64,000 bases of DNA, taken from contig OZ024742.1 of the NCBI GenBank assembly GCA_964016885.1, positions 284,580,001 to 284,644,000 of the forward strand, read 5' to 3'. Within the stretch, counting starts at the first letter, position 1, and every line of letters starts with the position of its first letter. The DNA comes from Eledone cirrhosa (taxonomy: Eukaryota). The notes beneath the pieces are model-generated. The model worked only from the letters and a program-made list of their open reading frames with translations, was not told where the DNA came from and searched no databases. Position numbers and translations under genes: made by a program. This document shows, one piece after another, positions 11,272-26,525 of the stretch.

Positions 11272-13342
11272 GTTTTTTTTGTTTTGTATATTTAAGATAA
11301 AAATCTATTTTTGCATTTTATTTTCTTGTTTATTTTACGTACCCCTCCCCCCATTTCTCAACCTCCCCTCCTCCTGGTATTTCTCATGCCTCCCTCTCAC
11401 CACTCCCTCTCTCTCTCTGTTTCTCTTCATCTGTCTATGTACACACTCCAAAATTTTACACACACACACACACACACACGAACTTACATGTGTGTGTGTA
11501 TCTAATCTCTTTATATATGTGTGTGCTCTTTTTCAAATCCCTTCTTCTTCTTCTTTTTCTTCTCGGCGTTTTTTTTTTATTCCAATCTTTCTTTCTCTCT
11601 ATCTTTCTTTCTCTCTATCTTTCTTTCTCTCTATCTTTCTTTCTCTCCTTCCTCACGCGAAGCTTGGGTGGTCTGTTTCTGTTTCCTATCTGAAACAACA
11701 TATCACGGTTCTTCACACTCTTGTTAAACTACAATAACAACAGTATATACCGCCATTTTACCCCGGTATTTCGTCGTCTTCGTCGTCATCGTCTGCTCTA
11801 TCAGTTGGCAACTAAAGCTCAAAAATAGATTGCACATTTCCAACGAAAAACAAACCGGTCACTGTGTAAATTTACGAAGAAAGCGAAGGAAAGCAATGGT
11901 TATTAAATAATGATAAGGGCCACTTAACCTTTTTGTGTGTATATGTGTATGTGCGTTTCCGATAGTTACTGTAGGAAGAAACAAACGAAAGGACTATCTG
12001 CACTACGATATATCATAATATTTTGAAGGCTCGTGACTTAGAGGTTAAGGGTGTTCGGTTCCCGATCCTGAATTCGTTTACTGGCGTCCAAGGCTAGTTT
12101 AACCATTATGCAAAATAAGTATATGCTTAGTGTATCGAGGGAAGAGGTGACATCATTTTATTCAAATTAAATGTATTTGTCATTACAGGAAAAAAATTGT
12201 ACTGACTTTATATATGGGGTGCACCATTATCTTTTGAGTGTTTATGATCTCAAAGGGAGTTAATCCAGCCCAGTCCATTGTATCCTCGAGCTCAGGTCTG
12301 TATTATTCATAAAGCTGACCACGCTCAATCCTAGGGGCTCCGCTAGGTTTAGGAGCCAATCTTTTATTTATTTATTTATTTATTTATTTATTTGCTAGAG
12401 AAACTGTTACCAGATTGAAATTCTAGAGGGGGCTCGGAACATCTAAAAGCCTAGGAGTCTGGTCATGGATTGATACGGCACTCTATTTCACGTTGCTCTA
12501 ATCTAGCCAAGTGGAGAACCTGAGTTGTATCTGTAATTTTAAGGGGCCAGCCTAGTCACATAGTGTCATACTGCATCTCACCGAGAACGTTAAGAGTACA
12601 CGTATCTGCGAAATACTCAGCAATTTGCTCATTCATTTCACCAGTAATCTGTTCCATTGATCAAACAATTGGTTTACTCGTCTTCGAAACCACACACAAT
12701 TTTCCAAATTGCAGATGATAGTAAAATAAATTAAGTAAATAAATAAATAAAATAAATTCTGAAAAATTCTAAGGAGAAATTTATGAAATTACACTATTTC
12801 CGAATTATAATTAAATATAAACGATATACAAATATAGATAATGAATTTACTTCAAAGGAGTCTAAATAAAATGTCTAGTTTTCAGCAACTTATCTTGAAT
12901 AAGATCCAGTTTCTTTTACTAAACTCCTCTTCCTGCCATCTCATTCCCTCTTTCTTTCTCTCTCCCTTTATCTATCTATCTATCACTTCCTTTTTTTCGC
13001 CCTTCGTTTTGACTTTCCTTCTCTTTGTACCTTGTCCGTTCTTCCTCCTCTACCTCTTCTCTCTGTTGTCTCAGTGCCTTTGTCAAAATGTTTCTTTTTT
13101 TCCCCTTTGTCTCGTTCTCTCTCCCTTTCTCTTTGTCTCTCTCTTTTTTTCTAATCCTCCTCCCTTTCTATCTTTCTCTCCTTTTCTCTTTCTCACTGAT
13201 TATTTTTCAATTCCCTATCATGATCTCTCTCCCCTTCCTCAACAAGAACCGCTCTCTTTCTCTCTCTTTTTAGATTAGCTGTCATAAAGATACCAGCCTC
13301 TATGTTTTCAGAACTATATTACATTTAATTATTCACTCTAGC

Positions 13343-13393
<51 letters not shown>

Positions 13394-13624
13394 CACCCCC
13401 TCCTCACTCTGTCGCTTTCACATCACTCCTTCTTCCCCATCTCTCTTCCTCTGTCATTCAGTTTAACTGATATAGATATTCGCCAACTATTGGATTCCAG
13501 AATTAGAAGTCTTGACTCTATGATTCCAGGTTACTAACCACCACACACACATACACGCACACACACACACACACATATCCATACAATATGTGAGAAGGCT
13601 AGACCTTTGAAGTACAAGGACAAT

Positions 13625-13783
13625 CCATCGGGCGGCTTCGGCACAGTTTCCGTCTCCTCACAAGGCTTGTGTCGACGTAAAGTTATGGTAAAAGACACTT
13701 GCCCAAGCTGCCACGCTGTAGGATCGAACCTGAGACCTCACTATTGCAAAGCAAACTTGTTAACCACTCAGCCACGCCTGCGT
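13625..13783 (-). mobile_element. Second tRNA-derived SINE family (another copy at ~52370-52530)
   Basis: The minus strand begins GCAGGCGTGGCTGAGTGGTTAA (A box) and carries GGTTCGATCC (B box); GACACTTGCCC core shared with 52441. Confidence 0.65.
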
Positions 13784-14047
13784 CTTTAATATACAACCAC
13801 CAAGAAAGACTTCACACAGAAAGACGACTTCTTGACATGGACATACCAGCATGTCGCCTTATCTCAAAGTTTGGCAATTAACGACACGAGTTGGGAGTTC
13901 CCAATAAGGTTATCATGTCGGTCTTCTTTGCTCTAGTAATATGTCACCATAGCTTCTTCACTCGTGGCCACCCGAAACGAACAATTTCAATTTCGTATAG
14001 AACGAACCTCCGTCAGTTTCGACGAATGATGATGATGATGGCGGTGG

Positions 14048-14083
<36 letters not shown>

Positions 14084-14142
14084 GGATGATGAGGAGGAGG
14101 AGGAGGAGGATGAGGAGGAGGAGCAGCAGGTGGTGGCGGTGG

Positions 14143-14183
<41 letters not shown>

Positions 14184-14244
14184 GTGATGATGGTGATGAT
14201 GGTGATGATGGTGATGATGGTGATGGTGATGGTGGTGGTGGTGG

Positions 14245-14276
<32 letters not shown>

Positions 14277-14919
14277 TTTAGCTACGGTGAATACTGAGTG
14301 AACAAATTATGACCTACTGCTGAGGTTGTGTACGTAGGTAAGGTCCCAGCATACGCAATGCTGAGATTGTGTATGCAGAGATCCCAATATATTGCATTGC
14401 CTATAGTACTGTTAAGATGGTACAGAATGGTGGTGGTCGTGGTGGTGATAACGGCGGGTTTTTTTTAAAGTACATTATCTAATGTGTCATTAGGGTGGTG
14501 GATTAGCAGAATCGTTAGAGTGTCGGATAAAATGCTTTGTGGCATCTACTCCTGCTTTTTACATTCTGAGTTCAAATCCCGCCGAAACCAACTTTGCATT
14601 TCATCCCTTAGGGATCGATAAAATAAAATATCAGTCAAATTCTGGGGTCGATGTATTGGGGTCATGTTTTGAGCCTAGATTAAAGTACGTTATCTGATGT
14701 CCCAATTCCTTGTTTAAAGACGGCTGGGGGTGTGATTTATGGGAGATTTGGTGGCTATTTATAGCAAGTCGCGTGATCGTATATTGTCCGTATTTGGTTC
14801 GACTTTCAGAATGTTAGGTGGCGCTGTGATCTGTCTATAAATTCCATTGGGTTTTCGCGTTGGAATTCTCCAAGTTCAATGAAACTTAGGAGTAGATAAG
14901 AAAAACAGGGCGGGATGAG

Positions 14920-15490
14920 AATGGAAGAGAAAGAGATAAAGCATGATAAGAGAGACAGAGAGAGAAAGAGAAGTAAGATGAGAGAGGGAGGTAAGAAAAG
15001 AAGAGAGAGAGAGGGGGTAAGAAAAGAAGAGAGAGAAGGAAGTATGATGAGAGAGAGAGAGGTGAGAAAAGTAGAGAGAGAGAGAGAGCGAGAGAGAAGT
15101 ATGATGAGGGAGATAGGTGAGAAAAGAAGAGAGAGAGAGAAGTATGATGAGAGAGAGAGGTAAAAAAGAAGAGAGAGAGAGAGAAAGAGAGAAGTATAAT
15201 GAGGGAGAGGTAAGAAAAGAAGAGAGAGAGAGAGAGAAGTATGATGAGAGAGAGGTAAGAAAAGAAGAGAGAGAGAAGTATGATGAGAGAGAGAGGTAAG
15301 AAAAGAAGAGAGAGAGAGAGAAGTATGATGAGGGAGAGAGGTGAGAAAAGAAGAGAGAGAGAGAGGTAAGAAAAGAAGAGAGAGAGAGAGGTAAGAAAAG
15401 AAGAGAGAGAGAGAGAAGTATGATGAGGGAGAGAGGTAAGAAAAGAAGAGAGAGAGAGAGAAATATGATGAGAGAAAGAGAGCGCGAGAG
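14920..15490. repeat. GA-rich minisatellite
   Basis: Recurring AAGTATGATGAG..GGTAAGAAAAGAAGAGAG units. Confidence 0.85.
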
Positions 15491-15889
15491 ATTGAAGGGA
15501 GAAATAATAAATATAACTAAACTGAGGAAAAGTGTTCAACTATAGACATACACACGTGTGTGTGTGATTAGGTGTGTGTAAGAGAGAGAGAGGGGGTAGG
15601 GGGGAGAGAGAGAGGGAGAAAGAGAGAGAGAGAGAGGGGGAGAGAGAGGGGGGTGAAAGGGGAATAAATATAACTGAAATGAGAAAAAGAGAAGTGTTCA
15701 ACCATAAGCATGCACGTGTGTGTGGGGGAGGGGGGTTAGGTGTGTGTAAGAGAGGGAAATAGAGAGAGAGAAAATGAGAGAGATAGAAAGAGACAATGAG
15801 AGAGATAGAAAGAGAAAATAAGAGAGATAGAGAGAGAGAAAGAGAGAAAGTGGGCGAGAGAGAGAGAAAGTGAGGGAGAGAGGGGGAGG

Positions 15890-15935
<46 letters not shown>

Positions 15936-16906
15936 ACCGAACTTGTATCCTTCATGTCATGATAGAATAGTTTAGTTTGTATCATTTTCCTGAGAAGAGA
16001 AGTTTAGGGCTCAACCTAAAACAACGAATTCTGTTAAAGTTTAGAATTCTGAATATTTATGAAAAGGGTTTCCTTTTTCTTTTTCTTTTTCTTTTTCTTT
16101 TTCCTCCCGCCATCTGTATTAGTCTTCAATGTATACAAATAATTACATCTTAAAGAAGATGCCTCGGTGAACATAGCCTTGGCTAGGAGGTAATGATGTC
16201 ATCAGACGGTGTCCAACGTTCAGTGGGTGTTTCAACCCTTAACCATAACACCCTCTCGTGATGTTTTCTTTCAAATTTAGCGGGGTATTCCGGGAGCCGT
16301 GGAGGTTCCGGTGACTACAGACACAAGAAAGAAACGGTCGCGCTAAGCTCGATCATCTATCGTTCCTCTTTAAAAAATGCATCAATTAAGCATTTAACAA
16401 TTGAATTATGCTATCAAATAACACCTTTTTAAAAAATATAATTCAGTCTTTTAGCTAGAAGTGTAAACAAAGCGGCTGACTTAAGAAACATTGGAAAGAT
16501 TTGAAATTTGATATGTGTGCATCCTAATCCATATAACTGTAATAATAATCGATCATTTAAAAATAAATGAGGAAATCGGTTAAAGTAGCCCTGGAGACGT
16601 TTTGTAAACACGTCTAACTACAAGTAGGTGTTTGTTCATTAGTATCCACCGTAGTTCTGCCGCGACTAAACAAGGAAGTATTATACGGTAGTAGTAAATT
16701 CTCCTGTGCCATCACGTGACCTCGATCAAAAAAGGAAAATCATTCGGCCGAATTTGTGGTTAACGCATTCGCCCTGCATCCTCACAAGGTCCTCTGTACT
16801 TTACCCGATTTTCTCAACTATTATGCCGTCGAGGTTAACTTTGCCTTTCATGTATGTAAGTATGTATATATGAATCATATATACATACTTACATACACAC
16901 ACACAT

Positions 16907-17018
<112 letters not shown>

Positions 17019-17559
17019 CTATGCATACGCAAATAAAACCGTTATTGCACCTATTAGTCTACGCGCCCTCAGCAAATACCTTAAACTGAACGACAACGTG
17101 TAACCCCCAGACTCGGCTTACACAACCAGACCTCGATAGCTCCCCAATGAGGAAGACAAACGTTATGATGCTGCAGCTGTCATATTATGTAGTTTCTATA
17201 CAATAAAGCCAAAGCTATTATTATCTGCAGAGACTACAACCCCATTACGTAATAAACCTTGCCTCACCCTCTCCCGTATAACCTTGACCTTAAATCCCGA
17301 AATTATTCATTAAGATGACATGATGTCGCGCTTCGGGAAGCCTAGTTCTCACGACATAACACAAACACCAAATTAGCAATCAGGAAAATACCCAAGCTAT
17401 TAAAGAAATAAGTGAAAGGAATACAAGATGAAGAACACAAGAAGTCTGATTCTTACAACACATCATAAAAAACAACAACAAAATAATAATAATCAAGAAA
17501 ATACTCAATTTATGCTTTCTACATATATCCAACTCCATTCTTATACACACTCACGCACA

Positions 17560-17607
<48 letters not shown>

Positions 17608-17786
17608 TAAAAGAGAAAACACAGGTAAGCATTAAGAAAAGGATTTTATCCAGGTATTTACGACCGTTTCATTGGTAAGTGCAACCTTATATTGCTATAC
17701 TGCAAATAGCAGCCACTCAATGATAATTGTTGTTCACGTCCAAATTTTCAAAATAACTATATATATATAATATATATATATATATA

Positions 17787-17878
<92 letters not shown>

Positions 17879-18143
17879 TATATATATATATATATTATAT
17901 TATATTATGTCGGACGCCATGCTTTGCAGCACAGTTACGTCCCTTTACGGACTGAGTTCAAATCCCTCCGAGGTTAACTTTGCCTTTCATCCTTACGGGG
18001 TCGATAAAATAAAGTACCAGTAATACACTGTGTAATTGCTGGCCTTGTGCCAAAAGTAGAAACAATTATATTATATATACACCACTATATCTCTTGGAGA
18101 GAAAGAACAAGAGAGTGAGATTGAAAGAAAGAAAGAGAAAGAT

Positions 18144-18255
<112 letters not shown>

Positions 18256-18460
18256 AGAGAGAGAGAGAGAGAGAGAGTTGAATCAGAAGAAGAGTAAAGG
18301 CGTTGACAGACTATGAAAAACTTTTGCTTAGTGAATGGCGCCACACACTGTCAGAAGAAAAAGTTGTATATATCTGATATGGCTCACCTCAAGCTGACCA
18401 CACGCAACATAGACTACCTTAATATTTACATTACTTAACTCACTCTCTCTCTCTCTCCCC

Positions 18461-18530
<70 letters not shown>

Positions 18531-18607
18531 CTCCTCTGGCTTACTCACTCCCCCTCTCTCTCTCTCAGTATCTAACTGTTTAGCACAAACAATTACCATT
18601 TGTAAAC

Positions 18608-18667
<60 letters not shown>

Positions 18668-18771
18668 GTATATACATATATATATATATGTAAAAGTTCT
18701 ATTTAAATTGTTGGGATACTACAAGTAAATATTTTTATAACTGATATAAAGCACTCGACAAGTATTTGGAG

Positions 18772-19136
18772 TAAATATACGATATTAACAAATGGAAACT
18801 ATATTTATAAAACCATATCTATTCTATTATACATATTTCAAGGATACCATGTTAAATTATGGTATGCTTTCATCAGACAAAATACAATATATACCAGTTT
18901 TATAAATAAATATTGACATACCCTTACACAATGCAACGGTTACTTTTGGAAGACATCGGGATAGACTATCCCGATGTCTTCCAAAAGTAACGGTATGTCA
19001 ATATTTATTTATAAAACTGGTATATATTGTATTTTGTCTGATGAAAGCATACCATAATTTAACATGGTATCCTTGAAATATGTATAATAGAATAGATATG
19101 GTTTTATAAATATAGTTTCTATTTGTTAATATCGTA

Positions 19137-19142
<6 letters not shown>
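18772..19142. repeat. Long palindrome centred at ~18965
   Basis: Centre GGGATAG-A-CTATCCC. Arms match apart from a ~15-nt extra segment in the left arm and a single substitution. Confidence 0.95.
19030..19094 (+). ncRNA. Minimal type-I hammerhead fold (mirror copy at 18820-18884, minus strand)
   Basis: TATTTTGT-CTGATGA-AAGCATACCAT/ATGGTATCCTT-GAAA-TATGTA-TA-ATAGAATA. Confidence 0.72.
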
Positions 19143-19170
<28 letters not shown>

Positions 19171-19173
<3 letters not shown>

Positions 19174-19267
19174 CGTGTCCCAAAAAGTGTCTATACGCTT
19201 CAACAGTATTCTAATAAATATTGCCTGTACAGGTAATCAAAGGGTGTATACATTTTTTGGGACACCC

Positions 19268-19269
<2 letters not shown>
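19171..19269. mobile_element. ~100-bp Tc1/mariner-like MITE in a TA tract
   Basis: Imperfect TIRs GTGTCCCAAAAAGTGT / ACATTTTTTGGGACAC. Confidence 0.6.
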
Positions 19270-19359
<90 letters not shown>

Positions 19360-19703
19360 GGTGTGCGTATTGGCGCACACACACACGCACATGAATTTAG
19401 AAGAAGGATTACTCCGAGCTTATGACATGACGAGTGAGAGGATGTGAGGTCTGGTATTGAAACAGTGGCAACAAGTTTGAAATATAATCTGAAATGAGAA
19501 ACGCTAAGCAAACACTTAATCACTAAAAAGTTACCACAATTGCACTTTGTAAAACATTTGATCCTTAAAGAATGTCGTTTTTATCATTTTTCGAATATAA
19601 TATATTCTAGGGACTGACTCTCGGAGGAGCAACATCAAATTCGTCCGTCTCCTTGTCGATAGCCTGTATAGAATTAGAAATATTACATGTGTTTTTAATA
19701 ATG

Positions 19704-19807
<104 letters not shown>

Positions 19808-20385
19808 ATGAGAGACATACATACACACACGCACACAGATGTATATGTGTATGTATATATATATACATGTATATATATATATATGTGTGTGTTTCAGAAG
19901 ATCCCGTTTAGGGTGAAAGCAGCGATTCTTTGCTTAAACTTTAATCTGTTATTTTAATAAATATATATTTTTGAGACAGTGTGAGATTTTCTTTAGAACT
20001 GCTGGACTAACAACCTAACAGCTCCCTCAAGCACTGATGGTGATTATCGCTAAATATTGATGTTGATTTGGTTATCAATACTAATATTATTGGGAACCCA
20101 CTGAAGAATTATAAGAGCCCACTTGAATAAGTATCTGTTGATCTTATACAAGCTTCTACATAAATTGGTATAATTTCACCCAACTTGTAGAAATCTTATA
20201 ATGAAACGAGTCGTCTGGGAAGAGATATATTTGATATATCTCATATGAAATAATACAGCCAATTTTCCACAAAATACAATTAGTTAGCACCCCGAACGTT
20301 TAAGTAGGAATATACTCAGGTATTTCCTAATGTTTGTTGAGTGAGTTGGAATTTGGCCGGAGTATCGCTATTAGCTTTCTCCGAT

Positions 20386-20422
<37 letters not shown>

Positions 20423-21321
20423 GGATTGGTACTCTGAAATAGCGATATATACATGAATGTATGTATAGTATAATTGGCAATATCCCATATGTTTAATTAA
20501 AAACATTTAGAAGATCATACGCTATCGGTTTTAAAGTAGTGACTATGTCACTTACTTCTTTTCGGCGAAAGAAGGGAGAAAAGCTAACAGTCTGTTTCAC
20601 GCTGTTTGGCGATCCTCAGAGCCACGCACTCCCTGCTTCCGCCGAAAATTATAGAAGCTGGATTCTTATAGAATTCCAGTAATAATCAGGACATGATTTT
20701 ACAAAGCGATTGCCGGTCCAGCGTATCGTCTTCTAAATGTTTTTAATTAAACATACGGTATATAATATTTTTATTTAATTTTTTTGAGGCTATGAAAATC
20801 TCTTTGTTCACACCTTGAATTTACCCACCTAAAGTTCGGACGAATGATTTTCCTCTTTTTAGCGATGTCACGTGATGGCACAGGAGAATTTACTACTACC
20901 GTATAATGATTCCCTGTTTAATCACGGCAGAAGTACGACGGATACTAATGAACAAACACCTGCCGAGGAAAGGATCCCCAGGTCCATCGCTAAACAATAA
21001 CTAAGGAGATTTACGACTTGCAAATGCATTGTGCAACTTGAAATGCATCTTCCCGTAGTCTCAGAAAACCCATCGAAGATTTTTATCGATTTCTATCGAT
21101 TCTCATCTATTCTAGGTGGTCGAAGTTAGTCTCCTACCTGTTTGTATTTATCGTTGTTGTGGCTATAAATTAGGCCACAAACACCTGGTCATTTTATTCA
21201 TGGTGTCACACTTTATTAACTTTTCGCACTATCGAGTGTTTTGTGACCGTCTCAAACATTTTGTATGTAAACTTACATGCAAAATGACTCAAAGAGATGA
21301 AAACGTTTCTTGTATGTTTTA

Positions 21322-21415
21322 TTAATTCTGATGAATCCAATCATTTGTTCATATTATTAATTAACTTATAATTAATTATATATTTTGTGAGATGGAAGAA
21401 ACATGCGTTAATTAA
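21322..21415 (+). ncRNA. Degenerate type-I hammerhead fold with a long stem II
   Basis: TTAATT-CTGATGA-ATCCA...TGGAA-GAAA-CATGCG-TT-AATTAA. Confidence 0.45.
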
Positions 21416-21595
21416 AATATAATATAATTAAGTCTTTGGTCTTCTTTTCAATGTAATATTTGCTCTATGAGTGTACTTAAACATCTGAAAAAAGGAGTTC
21501 ATACAAATAAAATTGTGTGTAGCCTTCTGAGTAGTTTACTGTAATATAATATTATACTCTTTTACCCTTTTACCTGTTCCAGCCATCCGGCTAAG

Positions 21596-21655
<60 letters not shown>

Positions 21656-22522
21656 AAGCGAGAGAGAAAGAGAGAGAGAGAGAGAGATTGGGGGGGGGGG
21701 GGGAAATCTCATTGACAGAAGCAAAGAGCATCGAATGGAATGCTTTGTGGTATATAAACAGGCTCCGGTGTCAACTTTGTGTTTCATCCTTCCAAAGTTT
21801 ATAAATAAAGTTCCAGGCTTTATCGGTAGGCGGGCGGAATGGTGGGGTGTCGAATTAGGTTCTTGTGGCTTTTGTTCCGAACCTTCTTATTCTTCTTCGC
21901 CCACTTATTCCTGAGAGTGTTGTGGGGCATAGTCTTCAAACACTCCTTCCAGTGGGTCTTATCAGAACCTTTGAATTTTAATTAGAAATAGTACCAAGGC
22001 CTACTTTGGTAGTTGACTTAATCCGTTACCCAGATGAACGCCACCACCTGACGTTTGAGCAGCTGAGGGTTAAAGAGAGTGGTGGTGACTTGGGTTACAG
22101 CCAGGGGCCCCAAAGTTTATTTTATTTATTTATTCTTTATTTTGTTACCATAAATAATACACAAAGAGCTCCAACCACCCATTCCCGCCAGTCTCGGTGG
22201 TCGTAAAAAGGGTGATTATAGCTGATAACTAAGCAATAAAAGGGAAACATTTTTTTTTTAAAGAATTGTGATAGAAACAGCTTCACCTACATCTAGGAAA
22301 TAGCTATAATATAGATGGTTCCGTCTATAGCGAGGGACTAACCTAGGTAGGATTGTGATACGGAGAGAAGTGTGTTACCTAGAGCAGTGAAAATGAAGTG
22401 ATACATATATATGTATAGAAATTTCGTATTTCTAAAGAAATACGGTTTTAGGAAGCCGTAGCTATGCAAACACCGGGGGGATAACGCCCTCTGGTGGTGT
22501 CCAGCAGGCGCAAGGGGGACAA

Positions 22523-22564
22523 CCATCTATGCATTTCAGGCTTGACTGGCCTTCGTCAGGACGG
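22523..22564 (-). ncRNA. Minimal type-I hammerhead ribozyme fold
   Basis: Minus strand: CCGTC-CTGACGA-AGGC cagtcaa GCCT-GAAA-TGCA-TA-GATGG. Confidence 0.8.
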
Positions 22565-22679
22565 TCTCTCCCACCGCTTGCTACTGCTGGACTTGAAAAC
22601 AGTCGAGAATATATAGTTTTCTCGTCTGTGTAAATGAGGTGATTACTCTCATTTGCGTATGAAGCTGGCCTTAATAAAA

Positions 22680-23157
<478 letters not shown>

Positions 23158-23802
23158 AATAATGATGGCTGCGCGTTGCAAATGGTGGTGCATATGAAAA
23201 AGTAAGTCCTTCATCAGTGACCCTCCAACCGTCCCAGGCATTTCATCGCTTTAAGGGCCATATGCCTCAGGTTGGTGCGAACAACGGCTAAAAAAAGTCG
23301 TTGGGACACGTAAATAAAGGGGACGTTAGGGTAACAAACAAAATGGTTTAAGCAACGGAAAGTGAGAAGAAATAGACAAGTCCCAGATCTCTATGAATAT
23401 AAACTCGGTGAAATCGTGAACAAGAGAAAAGACCATCAAACCTGGTTGAAATGTGAGCAAGGAAGGAATTTCGCACAGGTCTAACGGGGGAAGAAAAAGA
23501 AGAAGAAGAAGAAGAAGAAGAAGAAGAAGAAGAAGAGAAGAAGAAGAAGAAGAAGAAGAAGAAGAAGAAGAAGAAGAAGAAGAAGAAGAAGAAGAAGAAG
23601 AAGAAGAAGAAGAAGGGGTCTGGTCTACGAATTCGGTAAACATAAGTTTTGTGAAGTCGCAGACGAAAGAGAGAGAGAGAAAAAAAATTCCATACCAGCT
23701 TGACCAAGACCGCGCGAGAAAAGAATTACACACAGGTCAAACTTGAAGGAGGAGGAGGATATATATATATATATATATATATAGTAATAATAATAAATTT
23801 TA

Positions 23803-23838
<36 letters not shown>

Positions 23839-24202
23839 TTTCACACTCACATACTCACACACACACGCACATACACACATACACGCACACACATATATAT
23901 AAGGGTTTTATTCAAAGTACTGACAATTGTTTCGTTGATCAGGTGACTCTAGAGTTCGCTAATCGCTTGAAGTTGCGTCACTCGATCTCCAATACATTAG
24001 TTTGTATAGCTACGGCTTCCTAAAACCGTATTTCTTTAGAAATACGAAATTTCTATACATATTGTATAAAGCTATGTATGCTTAAAGCGAAATCTTATTT
24101 CTTTTCTATTATAAGTTGAGCCAACTTATGCAGCTTCATATGCAGGGTACTCACAACCTCTAACTGGATTACCTATAACGATAACTTGTTATCCCATATA
24201 TA

Positions 24203-24244
<42 letters not shown>

Positions 24245-24512
24245 AGAAGATACCAGAGAGGGTCAGTGATGTTGGGTAGAAAGTAAAGATGTAACAGGGA
24301 TGTCTATAAAAACAGCTTGGGTGTTAGCTGGGTGGCTAGTAGGGTGTGTAATTCAAATACAAACATTGCAGATTGCTATCTGTTTTTTTTTTGTTTTTTT
24401 TTTCTCTGATTTCTTTTTTTTTTAGTTTTTTTTATATTCCGAAAGACTTTCACTTGGACTGAATTAATACCAGATGTCTTCAGGAAACTCGAGATTCTCG
24501 GATATATATATG

Positions 24513-24579
<67 letters not shown>

Positions 24580-24615
24580 TTTCACACTCACATACTCACA
24601 CACACATACACACAT

Positions 24616-24655
<40 letters not shown>

Positions 24656-24706
24656 ACACACATATATGTGTGTGTGCATATATATCTGTGTGTATATATA
24701 TATATA

Positions 24707-25585
24707 TGTTCATAGCCCTATCTTGTTTATTATCGTACTATAACAGAGGAGTTTAAGACCGACTGCCCATGGAAACTCCTGTACATGGATGATCTTACAC
24801 TCATAGCGGAATCTATGGTGGAACTAGAGAAGAAATTCCAAACATGGAAGCAGCGCCTAGAAAGGAAGGGTCTTAAAGTCAACATGACAAAGACTAAAGT
24901 CCTAGTAGGTAGAAGAGAAAACAGAACTCTGATCCCCTCAGGGAAATGGCCTTGCTCAGTATGTAGGAAAGGTGTAGGCAGAAATACCATCCTCGGCTCC
25001 AAATGCAAACTATGGGTACACAAGAGATGCAGTGGGATCTCAGTAAGTTTAGCTAAGAATGTAGGCTTTGCATGCAGCAGTTGCACCGGGACAGTAAGCA
25101 GCAAACGACTGGGAGAGCTCGGTAGAAACAGTAGACAGCTTCTGTTACCTGGGAGACCAAATTAGCTGTATAAAAAAGTGCAGAACGCTCAAAGTCGATG
25201 GAAGACTGAGAGTGGGGAGACCACTCCCACGAGGACAGGCTGAAGTAAACATCCAGTGAAACCTCCAGCCCACACTGTAAAGTGGTCCTGATGGCGACAC
25301 GGCAAAAAGCGCCTAATCCACACTGTAACGTGGTCGTGTAGGTGTCACGAGGAAAAGCATCCAGCCGACACTGTAAAGTGGTTGTGTAAGTGTCACACCA
25401 AAAAACACCGAGTACTCACTGTAAATGAGGTTGGCATTAGGAAAGGCATCCAGCTGTAGAAACAAGCCAAAATCAGTTCTGTATGAGCTAGACATGGCCC
25501 CCCTGACCTAGCATTGCTCACAATAGGATAACTCGTCTAACCCATGCAAGTGTGGAAAAATGAACGTTAAACGGTGATGATGATA
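24707..25585 (+). mobile_element. RTE-clade LINE remnant (RT C-terminal part with Cys/His PHD-like insert, 3' UTR, GAT tail)
   Basis: [28 protein letters not shown] and CSVC..KCKLWVHKRC. The 3' UTR has four CACTGTAAAGTGG-type repeats and ends CGTTAAACGGTGATGATGAT; the copy is internally deleted. Confidence 0.8.
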
Positions 25586-25814
25586 TATATACATACACAT
25601 AGGGACTGTCGCCAGCAGATGGAGTTGTAGAAACTAATATATTAGTCCGGATCAGGGAATTAAATTCTCTACCCACATCTCACTATTTAACGTATTAGTG
25701 TGCACTCTGCATTCCTTTTGGTTGGGGTCTTAATTAAAACATTGAGTAATGGCAAAATGACCGAATGTGTATCGGTCCTATTCGATGACTTCGTTTCAGT
25801 ATTATTATTATGTA

Positions 25815-26010
25815 GTAATAATAATAATAATTGTTTCTACTTTTGGCACAAGGCCAGCAATTATCCAGTGTATTACTGGTACTTTATTTTATCGACCCCG
25901 TAAGGATTAAAGGCAAAGTTAACCTCGGCGGGATTTGAACTCAGACCATAAAGGGCCGTAACTCTTTGCTGCAAAGCATGGCGTCGACCCTCTACCGATA
26001 CTGCCAATCC
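25815..26010 (-). mobile_element. tRNA-derived SINE, same family, with (ATT)n tail
   Basis: Reverse complement of 11085-11271; tail AATAATAATAATAAT at 25816-25831. Confidence 0.85.
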
Positions 26011-26069
26011 ATAATAATAATGATGATGATTTCATTTATTGGCCACAAGGACAACAATAATAATAATAC

Positions 26070-26298
26070 TGGCGGTGGTTTGGAAGTATCGGTAGAGCGT
26101 CAGACACCATGCTTTGCAGCATAGAGTAACGGCCCTTTATGATCTGAGTTCAAATCCCGCCGAGGTTAACTTTGCCTTTCATCCTTACGGGGTCGATAAA
26201 ATAAAGCACCAGTCACGCACTGGGGTCGATTTAATCGACCCCCCCCCCCCCGCCCCATCATTGGCCTTGTGCCTATACTAAAAATCATTATTATTATT
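26070..26298 (+). mobile_element. tRNA-derived SINE, same family
   Basis: B-box GTTCAAATCCC at 26148, conserved body and ATT tail. Confidence 0.8.
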
Positions 26299-26525
26299 TT
26301 ATATATATATATGCATATGCGCAAGTTCCTACAAAATCTGGAAATATATGCAGATAAACAGACAATGTATAACAATTCTGCTTTTCTTTCCCCCTCTCAT
26401 GTCTTGCCTTGAAACCTTTAAGGTGATGATTTGGCTTATTTCATTTCTAGACTTATTATTATTATTATTATTATTGTTTATATATATATATATATGTTTC
26501 TATGTCCTTTTTTTTCTTTTATATA

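Noticed and set aside
11745-11812. Hammerhead-like motif on the minus strand (also ~23915-23995 and ~52167-52232)
   Set aside because: Core altered (CTGATAGA, missing, or CAGATGA) and/or stems fail to pair; at best dead relics.
12841-13278. Hydrophobic Leu/Phe/Ser ORFs suggesting membrane proteins
   Set aside because: Derived from CT-rich low-complexity sequence.
25265-25465. Spaced CACTGTAAAGTGG repeats resembling an array
   Set aside because: Degenerate internal repeats of the RTE 3' UTR.
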